This document shows, in pieces, positions 24,226 to 37,121 of a DNA stretch of 64,000 nucleotides. The DNA comes from Selaginella moellendorffii (lineage: Eukaryota > Plantae > Lycopodiophyta): contig NW_003314321.1 in assembly GCF_000143415.4 (NCBI RefSeq), positions 186,001 through 250,000 of the forward strand, read 5' to 3'. The position numbers and the translations under genes are program-made. Position 1 is the first letter of the stretch, and each line of letters opens with the position of its first letter. Under the pieces are notes generated by a model. The model saw only the letters and a program-made list of their open reading frames with translations, was not told the origin of the DNA and did no database searches.

Positions 24226-25184
24226 ATGTATCATCCATCGCGCGGAGGCGTCCGGGGAGGCCGCGATCGTAAGTAGTCTATGCTTGATCGATCATCAATC
24301 TCTGAATTGGCGGTGGCGCAGAGTTTAATTGGGACGATGTCAAGGTCGATAAGCATCGAGAGAATTACCTGGGCCACAGCGTCAAAGCTCCAGTGGGACG
24401 CTGGCAAAGAGGTATCTATTCCATTCCACTCTTCCTTTGGCGATCAGACTCCTCCATTCCATTCCCATTGTTTCCTTTGGCGATCAAACTCATTCTTTCA
24501 TTGTTTCCTAACTCTTCTCTCTTGATTTTTTTTTGCTTCTTCCAGGCAAAGATTTGACATGGTACGCAAAGGGAGGAGGATTGGCCGACGCTGCCGCGAA
24601 GGCAGAGATCGAGAGAATCAAAGCCGAGGAAGATCAAGCAATGCGCGAGGCCTTGGGCTTGGCTCCTACTCGAGACAAACGCAACCAAGTCAATCGTCTC
24701 GACAAACACGAGCTGGAGGAGCTTTTGAAGCCTGGAAAAACTGCCGAGGAGCTCTCCGAGACTTACACTGCAGCGGAACGAATCCAAGGACTTGGGTTTG
24801 GACCGTAAGTTTGCTCCCTACCCTTCTCGTGTCACGCGCTCACTGTCGGTTTCCCTGCGCAGTACAGCAGCAAGTAAGAAACAACGAGGCTACGAACGGG
24901 GAGAACAATTGGCGGGGATACAACCGGAGAAGCTCGCAACCAGTGAACCAGCTGCAACCTCTACAGATGGTGGCAAGAGGAGCAGCAAAGAAGAAACTAA
25001 GGAGCGGAGGAGGCAGGAGAAGAACGCTCGCAAAGAGGAGAGAAAAGCGGCTAAACTCGCACGCAAGGAAGAAAGGCGGCACCAAAAGGAGCTCAAGCGA
25101 AGATCATCCGGGAAAGACGAGGATCGAGACGAGGACGAGCAGCAGCACTCAAAGAGGCAGCGACACGATTCAGACTCGGATTAA
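24226..25184 (+). CDS. Multiple myeloma tumor-associated protein 2 homolog (MMTAG2-like)
   Basis: [14 protein letters not shown]|[30 protein letters not shown]|GKDLTWYAK; K/R/E-rich C-terminus ending RHDSDSD. Four exons. Confidence 0.92.
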
Positions 25185-26870
25185 AAGCGTGAGAAAACGG
25201 AGATAGAGAGAGAGAGAGGTACTTACTTGCTTCTTTGCGTTTATCAGCAAAACTTTGCGTTGCGTGATTTACTCAGAGCGATCGCTGCGCGCACGATGTG
25301 GGACCTTGAGTAAATCTTCTATCTGTAACGGCTGCTCGCTAGCTGGCGGCTGTGCTGCCGGTTACGAGGAAGACGAATGACATGGCTGTGGGCGTCAGTC
25401 CCGGCAGGTCTAACGGATGCCCCCACATTCGGCGACAAAACAAAACCCGACGCGGAGTGTCGTACTCCTTCCCCGGCCCCTTCCGTACGTGTTTGTTGTG
25501 CTTATCTTCCTATTATTCGCTCTTGTGTGCTCTTGTGTGCCATGGCAGATTATCTGAGGTCGTAGTACCAAGATCTGGAACACAGCTAGTCAGTAAAAGA
25601 GAGATTTTTAAGCATCAAACTGGGAGAATCTTACTCGAGATCGAAACCACCACCACCATGGTCGTTTGTCGGCACTAGGAGCTCTGCTGCGAAGGTAAAA
25701 AATTGAAGAATCGGCCGCACGCAACGCCATTTGTGAGAGAAGACCCCACACCGTTCTAATTCTGGTACCTGTTGCAATAGCGGGGTACCTTTCTCTGTCG
25801 CGCCTCTGTGGTTTCTGTCTTGCTTCTAGCTCGTCGTTCCTTGTTTGAGAGCACCAATGCATGCATCCAGCCAGCTAGCCAGTGTGGTTTTTTCAACGTT
25901 TAACTAGCACCACGATCAACACAGCAAGCAATGAATGAGCGCCCGTAAAGACAAAGAAAAAACAGAGCTCACTCACTCAATGTTTAGTCGTTCAGCGCAG
26001 GTTACCAACCTCCAGCACGCACATCAAACACAAGTCTTTTGTTATCTCGTAGAGCAGAAAAACACAAGTTACCGCTTGTGTCGCCCCGTCGGTTTGTTGT
26101 CTTAGCACCTAATTACCTTTGTCGCTGTCGGCTGTCTCACTATCGAATGAGATCACAGGATGGTAATCCGGGACCGATCGGAAAACTCGTAAACTTCTCT
26201 GTGGGAAAACGTATGATTAGTAGATGATCAGCCAAATGATAGAAAGAATTTCCACACCTACTTCGTTGGACTGGTCGCATTCGAAACCATGCTTTTCGCT
26301 TTATCGCAACCAACCTGAAAGTGAGATTTTTCACCCCTTTTTTCCACCATTTCCCTCTTTTTGCTTTTGTCCCTGCTCGCGTATGTTTGCTTGTTTGATT
26401 GTTTGCTTGCTTGATATCCCCCCTGCTGCAACTTTGCCTTTGTCTGTAAGATGATCCACCTGGAAGGAGGCAGCCAACTTAATCATCTCCTTGAATGTTT
26501 TGCGTGTCTTGTGGGACCTAGATTCGCCATCACCCCCTGTCTGAGGCGCCCGATTTCCTGCTTGATCTCTCCCTCGTCCCTGTGCCACGATTGGCTCTGC
26601 TTTTATGAGCAAAGGCCAGGATATAGGCACGCTCTTTTCTTGTGAGCTCCCTTGTTCCCACCTCCACAAGCTTATATATTTATCGTCTCCTGCTTTCGAG
26701 CACCCTGTCTGCTGCTACTCTTTCCAAGAACACTCTTGAAATTCCCCGCGCCAATCGCTAGAGAGAAGCTCTTGTTCTTGTTCTTGTTCGTTTGCCTTGT
26801 TTGTGCTTCGAGAGAACCTGGAATGCTCTTAAGCCTCCTGCATTTTCACGTTGTTTCCCCGTCTGACGGT

Positions 26871-27425
26871 ATGGAGTACGGAAGAAATCTTCATAGGACC
26901 AGCAAAGGCTCTCACACCATCCTCAAGTCGATCTCTCCTTCTTCTTCGCCTTCTAGCAGCAGCAGCAGTAGCAGCAGCAGCACTAGTAGTAGCGATGGCA
27001 GTGATGGTCATTCTGAGCGTCCCCCAAGGCACCGCGTGCCGGTCATTAGAGTAGTTCACATCTTCAATCCCACTGTCATAAAGACGGACGCCGCCAATTT
27101 TCGATCTCTGGTTCAGGAGCTCACTGGCAGAAGTTGCAGCAACGATACCAAAGTCGGCACTGTTCGATCGAAGTCCCGGCAGAGCTGTGCTTCCGTCCCC
27201 GAGCCAGAGTCCAACAGAATCCTGGTGCCGCCTCATATTCTCAAGTTGTCCATGAATACGCCCCCAAGAAGAAATCCCATCTACATCCCAGAGAGGCTCG
27301 GCACTTTCAGCGACATCGACATAATGTCCAGCTTTCAAGAGCCCGTCATGGACTTGAGCAGTATGCTGCCATCTCTCGGTGGTATGGAGATCAACGACGA
27401 AGGCTTACCAAGATTTTCCTTTTGA
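26871..27425 (+). CDS. VQ-motif-containing protein
   Basis: IKTDAANFRSLVQELTG (FxxhVQxhTG); Ser-rich; intronless. Start codon uncertain. Confidence 0.9.
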   Translation: MEYGRNLHRTSKGSHTILKSISPSSSPSSSSSSSSSSTSSSDGSDGHSERPPRHRVPVIRVVHIFNPTVIKTDAANFRSLVQELTGRSCSNDTKVGTVRSKSRQSCASVPEPESNRILVPPHILKLSMNTPPRRNPIYIPERLGTFSDIDIMSSFQEPVMDLSSMLPSLGGMEINDEGLPRFSF

Positions 27426-27638
27426 GGCCCAGCTTGTGTCTGCAAGCACCGATTCACAGTCTCAGTCGGGGAGATATAGCAAAAGCTTAGTGAAAAATCT
27501 TTGCCTTTCTTTCTTTGTGTTTTTCCTCACCAGTTTTTGATCATAATGCAAAGTCAGCTTGCTTTCTGTTACGAGTTCTTCCACATTCGTATCATCTATA
27601 GTAAGTGTTAAAACAGAAGAGCTCATTAGATTCAAGGT

Positions 27639-28801
27639 TCAGCGATAATAAGCCATATGACGACTAGAAGCCCAAGGTGAGGCTTGAACTGGCAGAGAGG
27701 ATTTCGGCCGAGACTCTCTAACCTTCCTCTCGTCTCTGAGCCATGGCTCGATAATATTTAGAAGGCTCGTAACGGAATCGCCAGTACTAAGAAGGTCAGA
27801 AGCCATGGTAAACCGCTCAAGTTTTCCATCAACCACATAGGCCAGGTGTGTTGCCCAGGCCTCCAATCCGTCAAAAATGTGTGTTGCATAAACAATGGTG
27901 CACCCTCTCTACATCCAAGCAGCCTCTCAGCCTCTAAAAAATTATCATCAAGATTTTGTGTTGCATACCTCTGTGCATTCCTCTATAAAAAAGCTCAGCA
28001 AGTCCATCCTTCCAACCACGTCTAAATCCACAGTGATCTCGTCCAGCAAGAGAACCTACATCCTTGATTATCAATGATTTGCGAGCCGAATCTATAGAAA
28101 ACATCCCCACCTTATAAGGTCGCAGAAGCCCCATGCAAATTTGCACGCGGCGACGCTGACCGTCGGAAACTTTATGCATTTTCCACTGCAGGTTGATATC
28201 CAAAAGATCTATCAATCTTTGTCGTCTATCCGAATCGATTCCTTCGACTGCGTACAAAACAGGAAGAGTTTTGGATCGAGCCATCGAACAAAAAAGAATC
28301 CCAAAAGACACGATAGAACTTACCACCAAAGATCATGTGTTCTGCTGTAAAATCCCCTTGCAATGGCACATCACCCTTGGAGGAAAAAAAAAAAGAGCTT
28401 CTCAGGAAGGCCACAAGCTTACAAATGAGAAAAGAAAATACCGCTGAGCCGATAGGACGATTCCAAGACTCTCCGAGGTATGCAAGATCTCCATCGCATG
28501 TAAGCGCGGTATCATGGAATGCCGATCTTCCGAGCACCTGGACAACGTCTTTCCCACCGACGAGGTGCTTACCAGCGAAAATCCGCAGCAGAGTCGTCTT
28601 GCCTGCACAGATTTCCAGTCAAAATGTAGCTCACATCGATCACGCACCCGCTCCATTCGCTCCGACGAGCAGGCATCGCGTCCCAGGAAGCAGCGCCAGC
28701 GACAGATCCGCGACGAAGGGAGCCTGACCTGGGTAGCTGAATTGCAGCGCCCTCACCGACAATGCTGGCGCTGGCGATGGCGCCACTCCTTCGTGCTCCA
28801 T
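27639..28801 (-). CDS. Soluble ABC ATPase, ABCI19-21 / CAF16-like
   Basis: Walker A LVGANGAG|KTT; LGRSAFHDT; signature [11 protein letters not shown]; Walker [12 protein letters not shown]; YATHIFDG. Confidence 0.93.
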
Positions 28802-29471
28802 CTCGCTCGCCCTGCCCTAAAATAAATTTGCATATTCTCATAGATGCTTTGTGCAGAGAATGTACGCTTCACATGGCAGGAAAGATCCCAGTGAGTGGTA
28901 AACCAGCTGGATCGGTTGAAATAGCGACGCGCGCGACGCGACCAGTTGTAACAAAACTCGAAGAAACATGACCGTTATCCTGACGTGGCGGTCCGCAGGC
29001 GGTCCGGGTTCGATCCTCGGCGCTGCCAGATTTCTTTCCTGTTCCTCTCGCGAAAAAGAAAAAGATGGGGGAGGGAACAACCGAAGGAGCGCTTGAATAG
29101 AGTCTCTAGGGTTTTGACATTTTCGGACAAGGCGACCGCGAAGGAATGCGATGATCCTGATCCTCTTCTAGGCGATCGTCATCGCGCATTCTCCGGCCGC
29201 GTCGCGCAAGCGCTAGGGGGATAGGTAGCGGGGGGGATTAGGATTATCGCGCATCGGCGGCAGCGACGATCGATCGATCGATAGCGCCGAGCGATCAGTG
29301 GATCAAGTCAATGTAGCAGGAGAAGCCCGAAATATTCCATTATGCTGTCAGGATCGCGACGACGATGAAAATCGATGCCGCAATATCGGTGAGTGAGAGA
29401 TCTTCCCCTTTTAGATCGCTGCCGCCCCCTTTATGGTCTGATTCCCCTCTGTTTTGGTCACCGGCCAGGAG

Positions 29472-31961
29472 ATGGGAGGGATGAGGGGTAATTTCTCCTC
29501 GCCAGACTGCTGCGATGTCCCGGGAACCAGGTGTCGCTGCAAGTGGCGATGGACGAATCCAGGCTGCTGCTCCAAGTGCCATGACAAGCTTCGCCATGGA
29601 GATTGCCTTTTGTCGTCGCCATTCCTCTTCTTCCTGTGCTCCTTTGCGGTGTTTGGTGGCGTGGGCATGCTCTTCGCGTGGCTCACTTTCTCGCCGTATC
29701 AGTACCAGAGGCTAGCCGTGACTGGGAGCGGGTGTCAGCCTGATAATGAGGGTTCCTGGGCCATTGGAGTCTTTCAAGGAGCTAGCCCGTTCAGCCTAGA
29801 ACCCCTGGAAAAGGTTTGCTTATTTCCTTCTTTTCTTACAGACGACTTTAACCTTGCTTTTCTTTGAACAGCTAAGCGTGAACAATGATGCCGGGTCAGC
29901 CTGGCCAGTGGCAAACCCCGTGCTCACTTGCGCATCCGCATCTGATGGGAACCACGCAAGCAACTTTGTGGCGGACCCCTTCCTCTATCTCCGCGTAAGT
30001 CGTCGCTATCAGATTCTCTCCTTTATTTTTTTATGGTGTTGATTCCCGTTTACTTAAGGACGAGAGCATGTACATCTTTTATGAGTCGAAGAATTCCGTC
30101 ACGATGCAAGGAGATATTGGGGTTGCCGAAAGCCTTGATCAGGGAGCTACATGGAAAACACTTGGCATCGCATTGGACGAGCCTTGGCATTTGTCGTATC
30201 CCTTTGTTTTCGATCATGATGGCCAGGTAAGAGGCTATGTGGCCATGCTCTTAAGTGCGGAACTCACTTTCGGCAGGGTTTGCATGCCAGGTTTACATGA
30301 TGCCAGAAGGCAGCTCCCAAGGCGATCTAAGGCTTTATCGAGCCGTCCAGTTCCCGCTGCAGTGGACCCTCGAAAAAGTTCTCATTCGCAAACCACTGGT
30401 TGACGCGGCTATGGTGGAGTACAACGGCCTGTTCTGGATCTTTGCGTCGAACTTCCAGCGTTTTGGCTCCCGCAAAAATGGTGAGCTCGAGGTGTGGTAC
30501 TCTTCAAGTCCCCTGGGTACGTGGAAGCAGCACAGGGGGAATCCAGTTCGGAATGGTGACAAGAGCTTAGGTGCTCGCAATGCTGGGAGGCTGTTTATAT
30601 ACAACGGTCACATCTACAGGCCGGGTCAAGACTGTGGCTCCACGTATGGTAGCCGGGTGAAGCTGTTTCGCGTGGAGACCCTCACGAAAGACAAGTTCAA
30701 GGAAGTAGAGGTTAGCTTCAGTTTTGAAGAGTCTCATAAAGGGAGGTATGCATGGAATGGGGTGAGGCACCACCATCTGGACGCACAGAAGCTGCCATCC
30801 GGGAACTGGATTGCAGTGATGGACGGAGACAGGGTGCCGTCAGGCGACTTGTCGGTGCGGATTTATTTTGGTGCTGCGGCCCTGCTGTTTTTGGTGCTCT
30901 TGAACGTGGCGGTAGGCTGGCTCCTGGGATTCTGCGTGACTTCTCCAAAGTATATGAGCCTTGGAAAGAGAGGGGATGCTTCGCTGACGTCGTGGATAAG
31001 GGTTCCACTCTCGTCAAGGTTGCACAGGACAGTGTTGAGAATCAACAGGGACAGTCTTCCGTTCCGCAATCGCTTGCGTTCCAACCTCTGCTTCCGACTC
31101 TGGCTGTGCTTCCTGGTAACTACAATGTGCGTGGCCTCCATCTGTGTGGCGGTGAGGTGCTTCTTCGGTGGTAGCGGTGCCGACGAGCCTTATCCAGTGC
31201 AAGGCGTCTACTCGCAGTTTACCATGCTTACGATGACGTACGACGCCAGGATATGGAACCTGAAGATGTATATCAAGCACTACTCGCGGTGCCCGTCCGT
31301 GCAAGAGATCGTGGTGGTCTGGAACCACGGGACGCCGCCAGACCCCAGTGACTTCGACTCGGCTGTTCCCGTCAGGATCCGGGTGGAGCCAACGAACTCG
31401 CTGAACAACAGGTTTAAGCCAGACCCGCTCATCAAGACGAGGGGGGTGTTCGAGCTGGATGACGACATTATGGTGACTTGCGATGACGTTGAGAGGGCCT
31501 TCAGGTCGTGGAGGGAGAAGCCGGGGCGCATCGTCGGCTTTTATCCCCGGCTTATTGATGGTGATCCGCTCGAGTACAGAAACGAGAGACACGCTCGGCG
31601 GGGCAAAGGCTACAACATGATTCTCACAGGGGCAGGCTTTATGGACGGGCAGACGGCATTTGAAAGATACTGGAGTCCGGATGTGGAGCAGGCCCGTGCC
31701 GTGGTGGACGAGCTATTCAACTGCGAAGACATCCTGCTCAACTTTCTGCTGGCGAATGGCACCACGTCCCGGACAGTGGAGTATGTCCACCCCTCCTGGG
31801 CGATCGACACGTCGAGGTTCTCAGGCGCAGCCATCAGCAAGGATACAAAGACACACTACGACAAGCGCAGCCAGTGCCTGGCGAGGTTCGCCAAGTTGTT
31901 CGGGAGGGTGCCCGTGCGGAAGTGGGAGTTTGGCACTCGACGAGACGGGTGGGATCACTGA
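29472..31961 (+). CDS. GINT1: Glucosamine inositolphosphorylceramide transferase 1 (GT64 family)
   Basis: N-terminal TM; propeller-like domain (NFVADPFLY, WHLSYPFVF, ARNAGR); C-terminal GT64/exostosin domain (SLNNRF, ELDDD, NCEDILLNF). Start approximate. Confidence 0.92.
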
Positions 31962-32829
31962 CGAGAGATCATCTGGCGATACTTTTGCTTTTGCGGAGTG
32001 GTGGAAGCTCAACTTGGTCACGAATCACGAAGAACAAGGGTTGCTTGATCGATGGCAAGTGTACAATTGGCACAGGCAGCAGTAGCAACAGCAATAGCAG
32101 CAGCAGCAGCACACGGGGTCCTTCCTTGGACTCGTTCGGGTTTGGGATTTTCTCGCTTTTTTTTTTTTTCCTTCTTCTTCTTCTTCTCTCTTTTGTTTGT
32201 TTCTCACGTAGCTGTGTTTTTTCGTTTTATCTTTCCTTCCTCTTGTACATTACGAGACAGAGCGTCAAGTGAAGTGGCCTTTGTCTATCCATCCATCCAT
32301 CCACATCGCCTTCCTCGCCTCTCTATCCGGAGAAAGTTTGGAATCTCTCTCGTTCCAAGAGAAACAACCAGATGCTGGGCTAAATGATTTCCATGATTTC
32401 TCTCTATCCGAAGATTCCCCCCCCTTCCTTGTTCATGGAAAGCTCCAGCCAAGATCACAAAAATCTATAACATACTCCTTTAGCTTTTGGAGGATGGCGG
32501 GGACCCAACAATCATTCAAGCTGCATATAAATGTGGGGGCGTGGGTGGCCATCCACATGTGATATGGCCTCAATACCAGAGAATCCAACCAATCCAACTA
32601 AGATCCTCACACAAGAGCTTTCTTTTGGCCCACCATCATTTTATTTTTAGGGTTCTTGGTGTCGCCATCTAACCCAGACTGCCCCGCACGGGAATCGAGC
32701 CCCGAACATCCCGACAAAGGAGAGAAAATGCACGTACTCACTTACTCTGCGTGCCCGCACCACCGTGTGGCTCTGCGCGGCAGCAGGGGAGGGGAGAGGG
32801 TAAAATCCCCCTGTCACCCATGCTTGCGG

Positions 32830-32944
32830 CGAATATTCCCGGCACAATGTCTGCGGGATATTCCGCTGGGCGGACAGAATATTTCCCTCGAAGCGGGATA
32901 TTCTGCTAGCTCGACGGAATGTTCCGTGGTGGTTGGAATCTTCC
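32830..32944. promoter_or_regulatory. Array of palindromic GGAATATTCC-like motifs, three matching P1BS (GNATATNC)
   Basis: GAATATTC 32831, GGATATTC 32856, GAATATTT 32877, GGATATTC 32896, GGAATGTTCC 32916, GGAATCTTCC 32935. Upstream of CYP710. Confidence 0.55.
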
Positions 32945-33109
32945 GTCTTCCGGGCGGCTATGGGGGGCGGCGGGGCCGAGGCGGAGGGGATGACGCCGAT
33001 ATATTGGCAGGGATGGTGATTAGGGTTCTTCCTCGTGGGCGCGGCGGGCGGCCGAGGTTGATCCGCGGCGATCGAGGACGACAGCGCGGCGGCGGCGGGG
33101 CGGCAGCGG

Positions 33110-34699
33110 ATGGAGGATTGGGCGTGGAGCTGCCTGCTTGTGGCGTCGAGCTTGGTGCTGTGCGCGCTGGCGTGGGAGCAGCTGGGCTACATCCGCAAGG
33201 GCGCGCATTTGCCCGGGCCGCGGCTGGTGATCCCGTTCCTGGGCAATGTGGCGGCCATGGTGGCCGATCCCACGGGCTTCTGGGAGCGCCAGGCGATCCG
33301 GGCCAGGAGCAGCCCCTGGGGCCTGTCCTGGGACGTGATCCTGGGGCGATTCATCCTCTTTGTCCGCGACGCGGAGCTCTCACACAAGATCTTCGCGAAT
33401 GTCCGGCCCGAGGCATTCCATCTCGTGGGTCACCCATTCGGGAAGAAGCTCTTTGGCGAGGAGAATCTCATCTTCATGTTTGGGGAGGAGCACAAGGATC
33501 TCCGGCGCCGTCTCGCGCCGCTCTTCACCTGGAAGGCGCTGGGCGTCTACGTCGCCATCCAGGAGCGCACCATCCGCAAGCACATCCATCGCTGGCTCGC
33601 CAATTCCTCGAGCTCGATCCACCAGCGCCCAGTGGCGATGAGGAGCCTCTGCCGCGACATGAATCTCGAGACGTCCCAGGAGGTGTTCGTAGGACCATAC
33701 CTGGATCCGCGAGCGCGCGAGCGCTTCACGCACGATTACAACCTCTTCAACCTCGGCCTCCTGGCGCTGCCGATCGATCTCCCGGGCTTCGCCTTCCGCC
33801 GCGCCAAGCAGGCGGTGGAGCGGCTGGTGGCGACGCTGGGCGAGTGCGCGGCGCGGAGCAAGCGGCGGATGAGCACCCCGGGCGAGCAGCCGGCGTGCCT
33901 CATGGACTTTTGGATGGCGGAGACGCTGGCGGAGATCCGCGCCGCCAGGGAGTCGGGCTCGCCGCCGCCGCCGCACAGCTCGGACCGCCAGGTCGGGCAG
34001 CACATATTTGACTTCCTCTTCGCGGCACAGGACGCTTCCACCTCGTCCCTCGTGTGGGTCTGCGCGCTGCTCGAATCAAACCCGCAAGTGCTCGGCAAGA
34101 TCCTCGACGAGCAAAGATCTCTTCGCGGGGGAGGACGAGGAGGAGGAGAATTTGGATCAAACTTTGACCCCGCCACCCCGGTGGGGTCGGAGCTCCTGCG
34201 CGAGATGAAGTACACGGAGATGGTGGTGAAGGAGGTGCTTCGCTACAGGCCGCCGGCGACCATGGTGCCACACATTGCGAGCGTGGATTTCCCCATCACG
34301 GACTCGTACACTGTTCCCAAGGGGGCCATCGTCTTCCCGTCGCTGTTGGAGTCGTCGTTCCAGGGGTTTAGGGAGCCGTACGCGTTCGATCCGGATAGAT
34401 TCTCGGCGGCGCGGCTCGAGGACGTGGCGTTCAAGCGGAACTGGCTGCTGTTCGGCGCGGGATCGCACCAGTGTCTCGGCCAGAGGTACGCCATCAACCA
34501 TCTCGTGCTCTTCACCGCGCTCTTCTCCAGCATGGTCGAGTGGGAGAGGGTCCGGACGCCCGGCTGCGACGAGATCCTCTACGTGCCCACCATTGTCCCC
34601 AGGGATGGATGCCTGGTCACTCTCAGGCCCCGCCGCGGCGATGATGATCGACGAGGACGGGAAGAACGAGAGATTGAGGAGACGAGTACAGAGAGCTAG
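33110..34699 (+). CDS. CYP710A: Cytochrome P450 CYP710, sterol C-22 desaturase
   Basis: FDFLFAAQDASTSS I-helix, EVLR, FDPDRF, heme motif FGAGSHQCLG. Intronless, 529 aa. Confidence 0.96.
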   Translation: MEDWAWSCLLVASSLVLCALAWEQLGYIRKGAHLPGPRLVIPFLGNVAAMVADPTGFWERQAIRARSSPWGLSWDVILGRFILFVRDAELSHKIFANVRPEAFHLVGHPFGKKLFGEENLIFMFGEEHKDLRRRLAPLFTWKALGVYVAIQERTIRKHIHRWLANSSSSIHQRPVAMRSLCRDMNLETSQEVFVGPYLDPRARERFTHDYNLFNLGLLALPIDLPGFAFRRAKQAVERLVATLGECAARSKRRMSTPGEQPACLMDFWMAETLAEIRAARESGSPPPPHSSDRQVGQHIFDFLFAAQDASTSSLVWVCALLESNPQVLGKILDEQRSLRGGGRGGGEFGSNFDPATPVGSELLREMKYTEMVVKEVLRYRPPATMVPHIASVDFPITDSYTVPKGAIVFPSLLESSFQGFREPYAFDPDRFSAARLEDVAFKRNWLLFGAGSHQCLGQRYAINHLVLFTALFSSMVEWERVRTPGCDEILYVPTIVPRDGCLVTLRPRRGDDDRRGREEREIEETSTES

Positions 34700-36784
34700 G
34701 GGAAGGTTTCCCATTTTTTTCCACAACACAGGTTGGTTGCCGGAGAATTCATAGCGTGGCATCAGGTGCCCGAGATGGGGGCCCGAGGTGGCGTTGGAGA
34801 TGGAGTCCGAGGTGGCATGTCAGCCTCTGGCCATTGATTTGTTGGTTGGTTTTAGAGGGGTACTACTAGGCACCACTGTAATGTCCCACTTTCCTTGTGA
34901 TATAAGAAATAGGACCTACATTGGGTCCTTTGCTTTGGTCCTCCTTGACCAGAGGGAACGGGTTTGAATGGGGGAGGGATATGCCTCGGGGATATTTTGG
35001 CGGTCAATGGTTTTCTTATCTTTTGTTTGCTGCAGGGCATGTGGAGTTTTGCTGACGAGATTGGTAGTTGGGCCTGTCCAGCCTGGACCGCCAGCACGAC
35101 GACAGCTCAACAGAGCATGGTAATCATTGACGTCAGCAACTGTAACTTTGATGGTGTGTTTTTTTAACACTATAGAAAGTGCTTTTAAGAATGCAACTAG
35201 TTTGTTCAATGTCTAAGGAGCGCCACTGGATGGAGTCCCATCTCAACTTGGCACAAAATGCCCAGTGCTGCTACATTTGAGTCCCCACCCCTTTGATCAA
35301 CTCTAAAAGCCTTTTTACTAAGGTGGGAATAGTGATTTTGTAATTCTTGTACTAATATTACAACTCACACTAATGTCTGTTAATATTTGAATTTATCATT
35401 TGCAGAACACTGTAACAGTATTAATTTTACCTTTATAAGTGTTTTTAGTGATAATTAATTCCCGAACACTTATAGTTGCATATAATTATATGTATTTTCT
35501 TGAAGAGCATCTGAAACTTCAATTAGGTTGTTAACACCACCACAAGAACTTGTAGACCTTTTATATATAAGAAAATTCATTCCAATCGAATAGTTCACAG
35601 TTTTATACATTAAGATATTCACAAAATTCATATTATTCTCCTCTCTCAAAGATGATGGTAAATCTGGTGAAACATCTAGAGCTTTCGTTGTAATATTGAA
35701 GAACTAGAAGAACTTGAAACTTAAGAGACACCAGTAGACATAATATAATAAACCAAAAACCAAAATCATATTAGCATATATAGAATAATTGTTACAAAAA
35801 AAACACACCAGTAAAACTGAGGAGAATCTAAGAAACAAAATAAAAATCTGTTGCACTTTTCTATATATGTGCACAAGAACTAAAAGAGGTTCTAGATCAT
35901 TTTTATTTGATAAAGAGAAAGTTGGTTTCTGTTTCTCACATTGCTTCTAAAACACTTGCACCTTTTAAAAATCAAACTTAAATTTCGAGTGGAAGTTTGT
36001 TACTATTTTCCATATTGATGAGGTCATTAGAACCTCTTTTTTTATTTAGTTCTCTTTGCACTTTAATTGTCACCTTTAAATTGGTAAACCCATAGCTAAG
36101 AAAGAAAAAGAAAAGAAAAGAAAACAATGAGGAGTTCATACTCTTAACACAAAAATGTTTTCAATAGAAAAAAAAGGGAAGATTCAAATAGAGTTTCCTT
36201 GCTAATGGCTGCTAAGTGGTATAACTATCCAAAAAAAAAAAAAAACTCTAGGTTAGAGCAATCATATTTAATGATCCTCATCCAAAGAAGAGGAATTCAT
36301 ATCAGCTTATTTCTGAGCATTTTGTGGGCTGTAATAAAGCATTGGTGTTTAAGAAAGTACAAACATATTATTAATCTATAATTACAAAATAATATAATTG
36401 TATATACAGTATAAAAGATGTTTAAGAAAGTTTAAAAATTATAAATATTAAAGTTTCTAAATATAATTAATTTAAATATCAATAATTAGATAGTAGATTA
36501 TATCAGAATATCAGAGCATATTATTTTAAATCATAAATATAAATAATACTTTTATACCTCCTCCACATATTTTTAAGCATATAAAATATTCTAGTTTAAA
36601 TTAAAAAATAAATCATCTATTTTATTAGGACTGTTAAATATATCTATTTAACATCCAAAAATTAAAGGAAATTCTAAATTTAATTTTATCTTATATATTA
36701 AGTTTTCTTAGTATATGTTATACAAATAAAATACTGCAATTATAATGATCTACATTTAAATAATTATAAACATAGAATTTTACT

Positions 36785-37092
36785 GGTTTGATTAAGCAAA
36801 CCTGTAGGGACTAAGTAGATAAACCTAGAATATGCTTGGATATTCTAGAATATTTTACCATCTAACGGTTGTTATTCATTTAGATTAATTTTGTATTTAT
36901 AATTTATAAACATGTTCATATCTTATAAAATTTCTAAACCTTTCTAATATATTATTTTTTATTCTATCATCTAATGGTTGATATGTAATAAGATTAATCT
37001 TGTGTTTATAAATTACAAATATGCTTATAATTATAAAATTTATTTAATAAATTGAATTAATAAGTAAGAATAACACTACTATTAAGCAAACC
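36785..37092. mobile_element. AT-rich MITE-like element (about 310 bp)
   Basis: Terminal inverted GGTTTGATTAA...TTAAGCAAACC. Colinear copy at 49362-49660. Confidence 0.7.
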
Positions 37093-37121
37093 AAACCGTA
37101 CTACATACAATGTGTAACAAT

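Noticed and set aside
25352-26650. Short ORFs between MMTAG2-like and VQ genes
   Set aside because: No motifs or consistent splice pattern; likely intergenic or promoter sequence.
32656-34011. 451-aa alternative-frame ORF and several antisense ORFs overlapping CYP710
   Set aside because: Low-complexity G/R/A/P product expected from high GC3 codon usage; no motifs.
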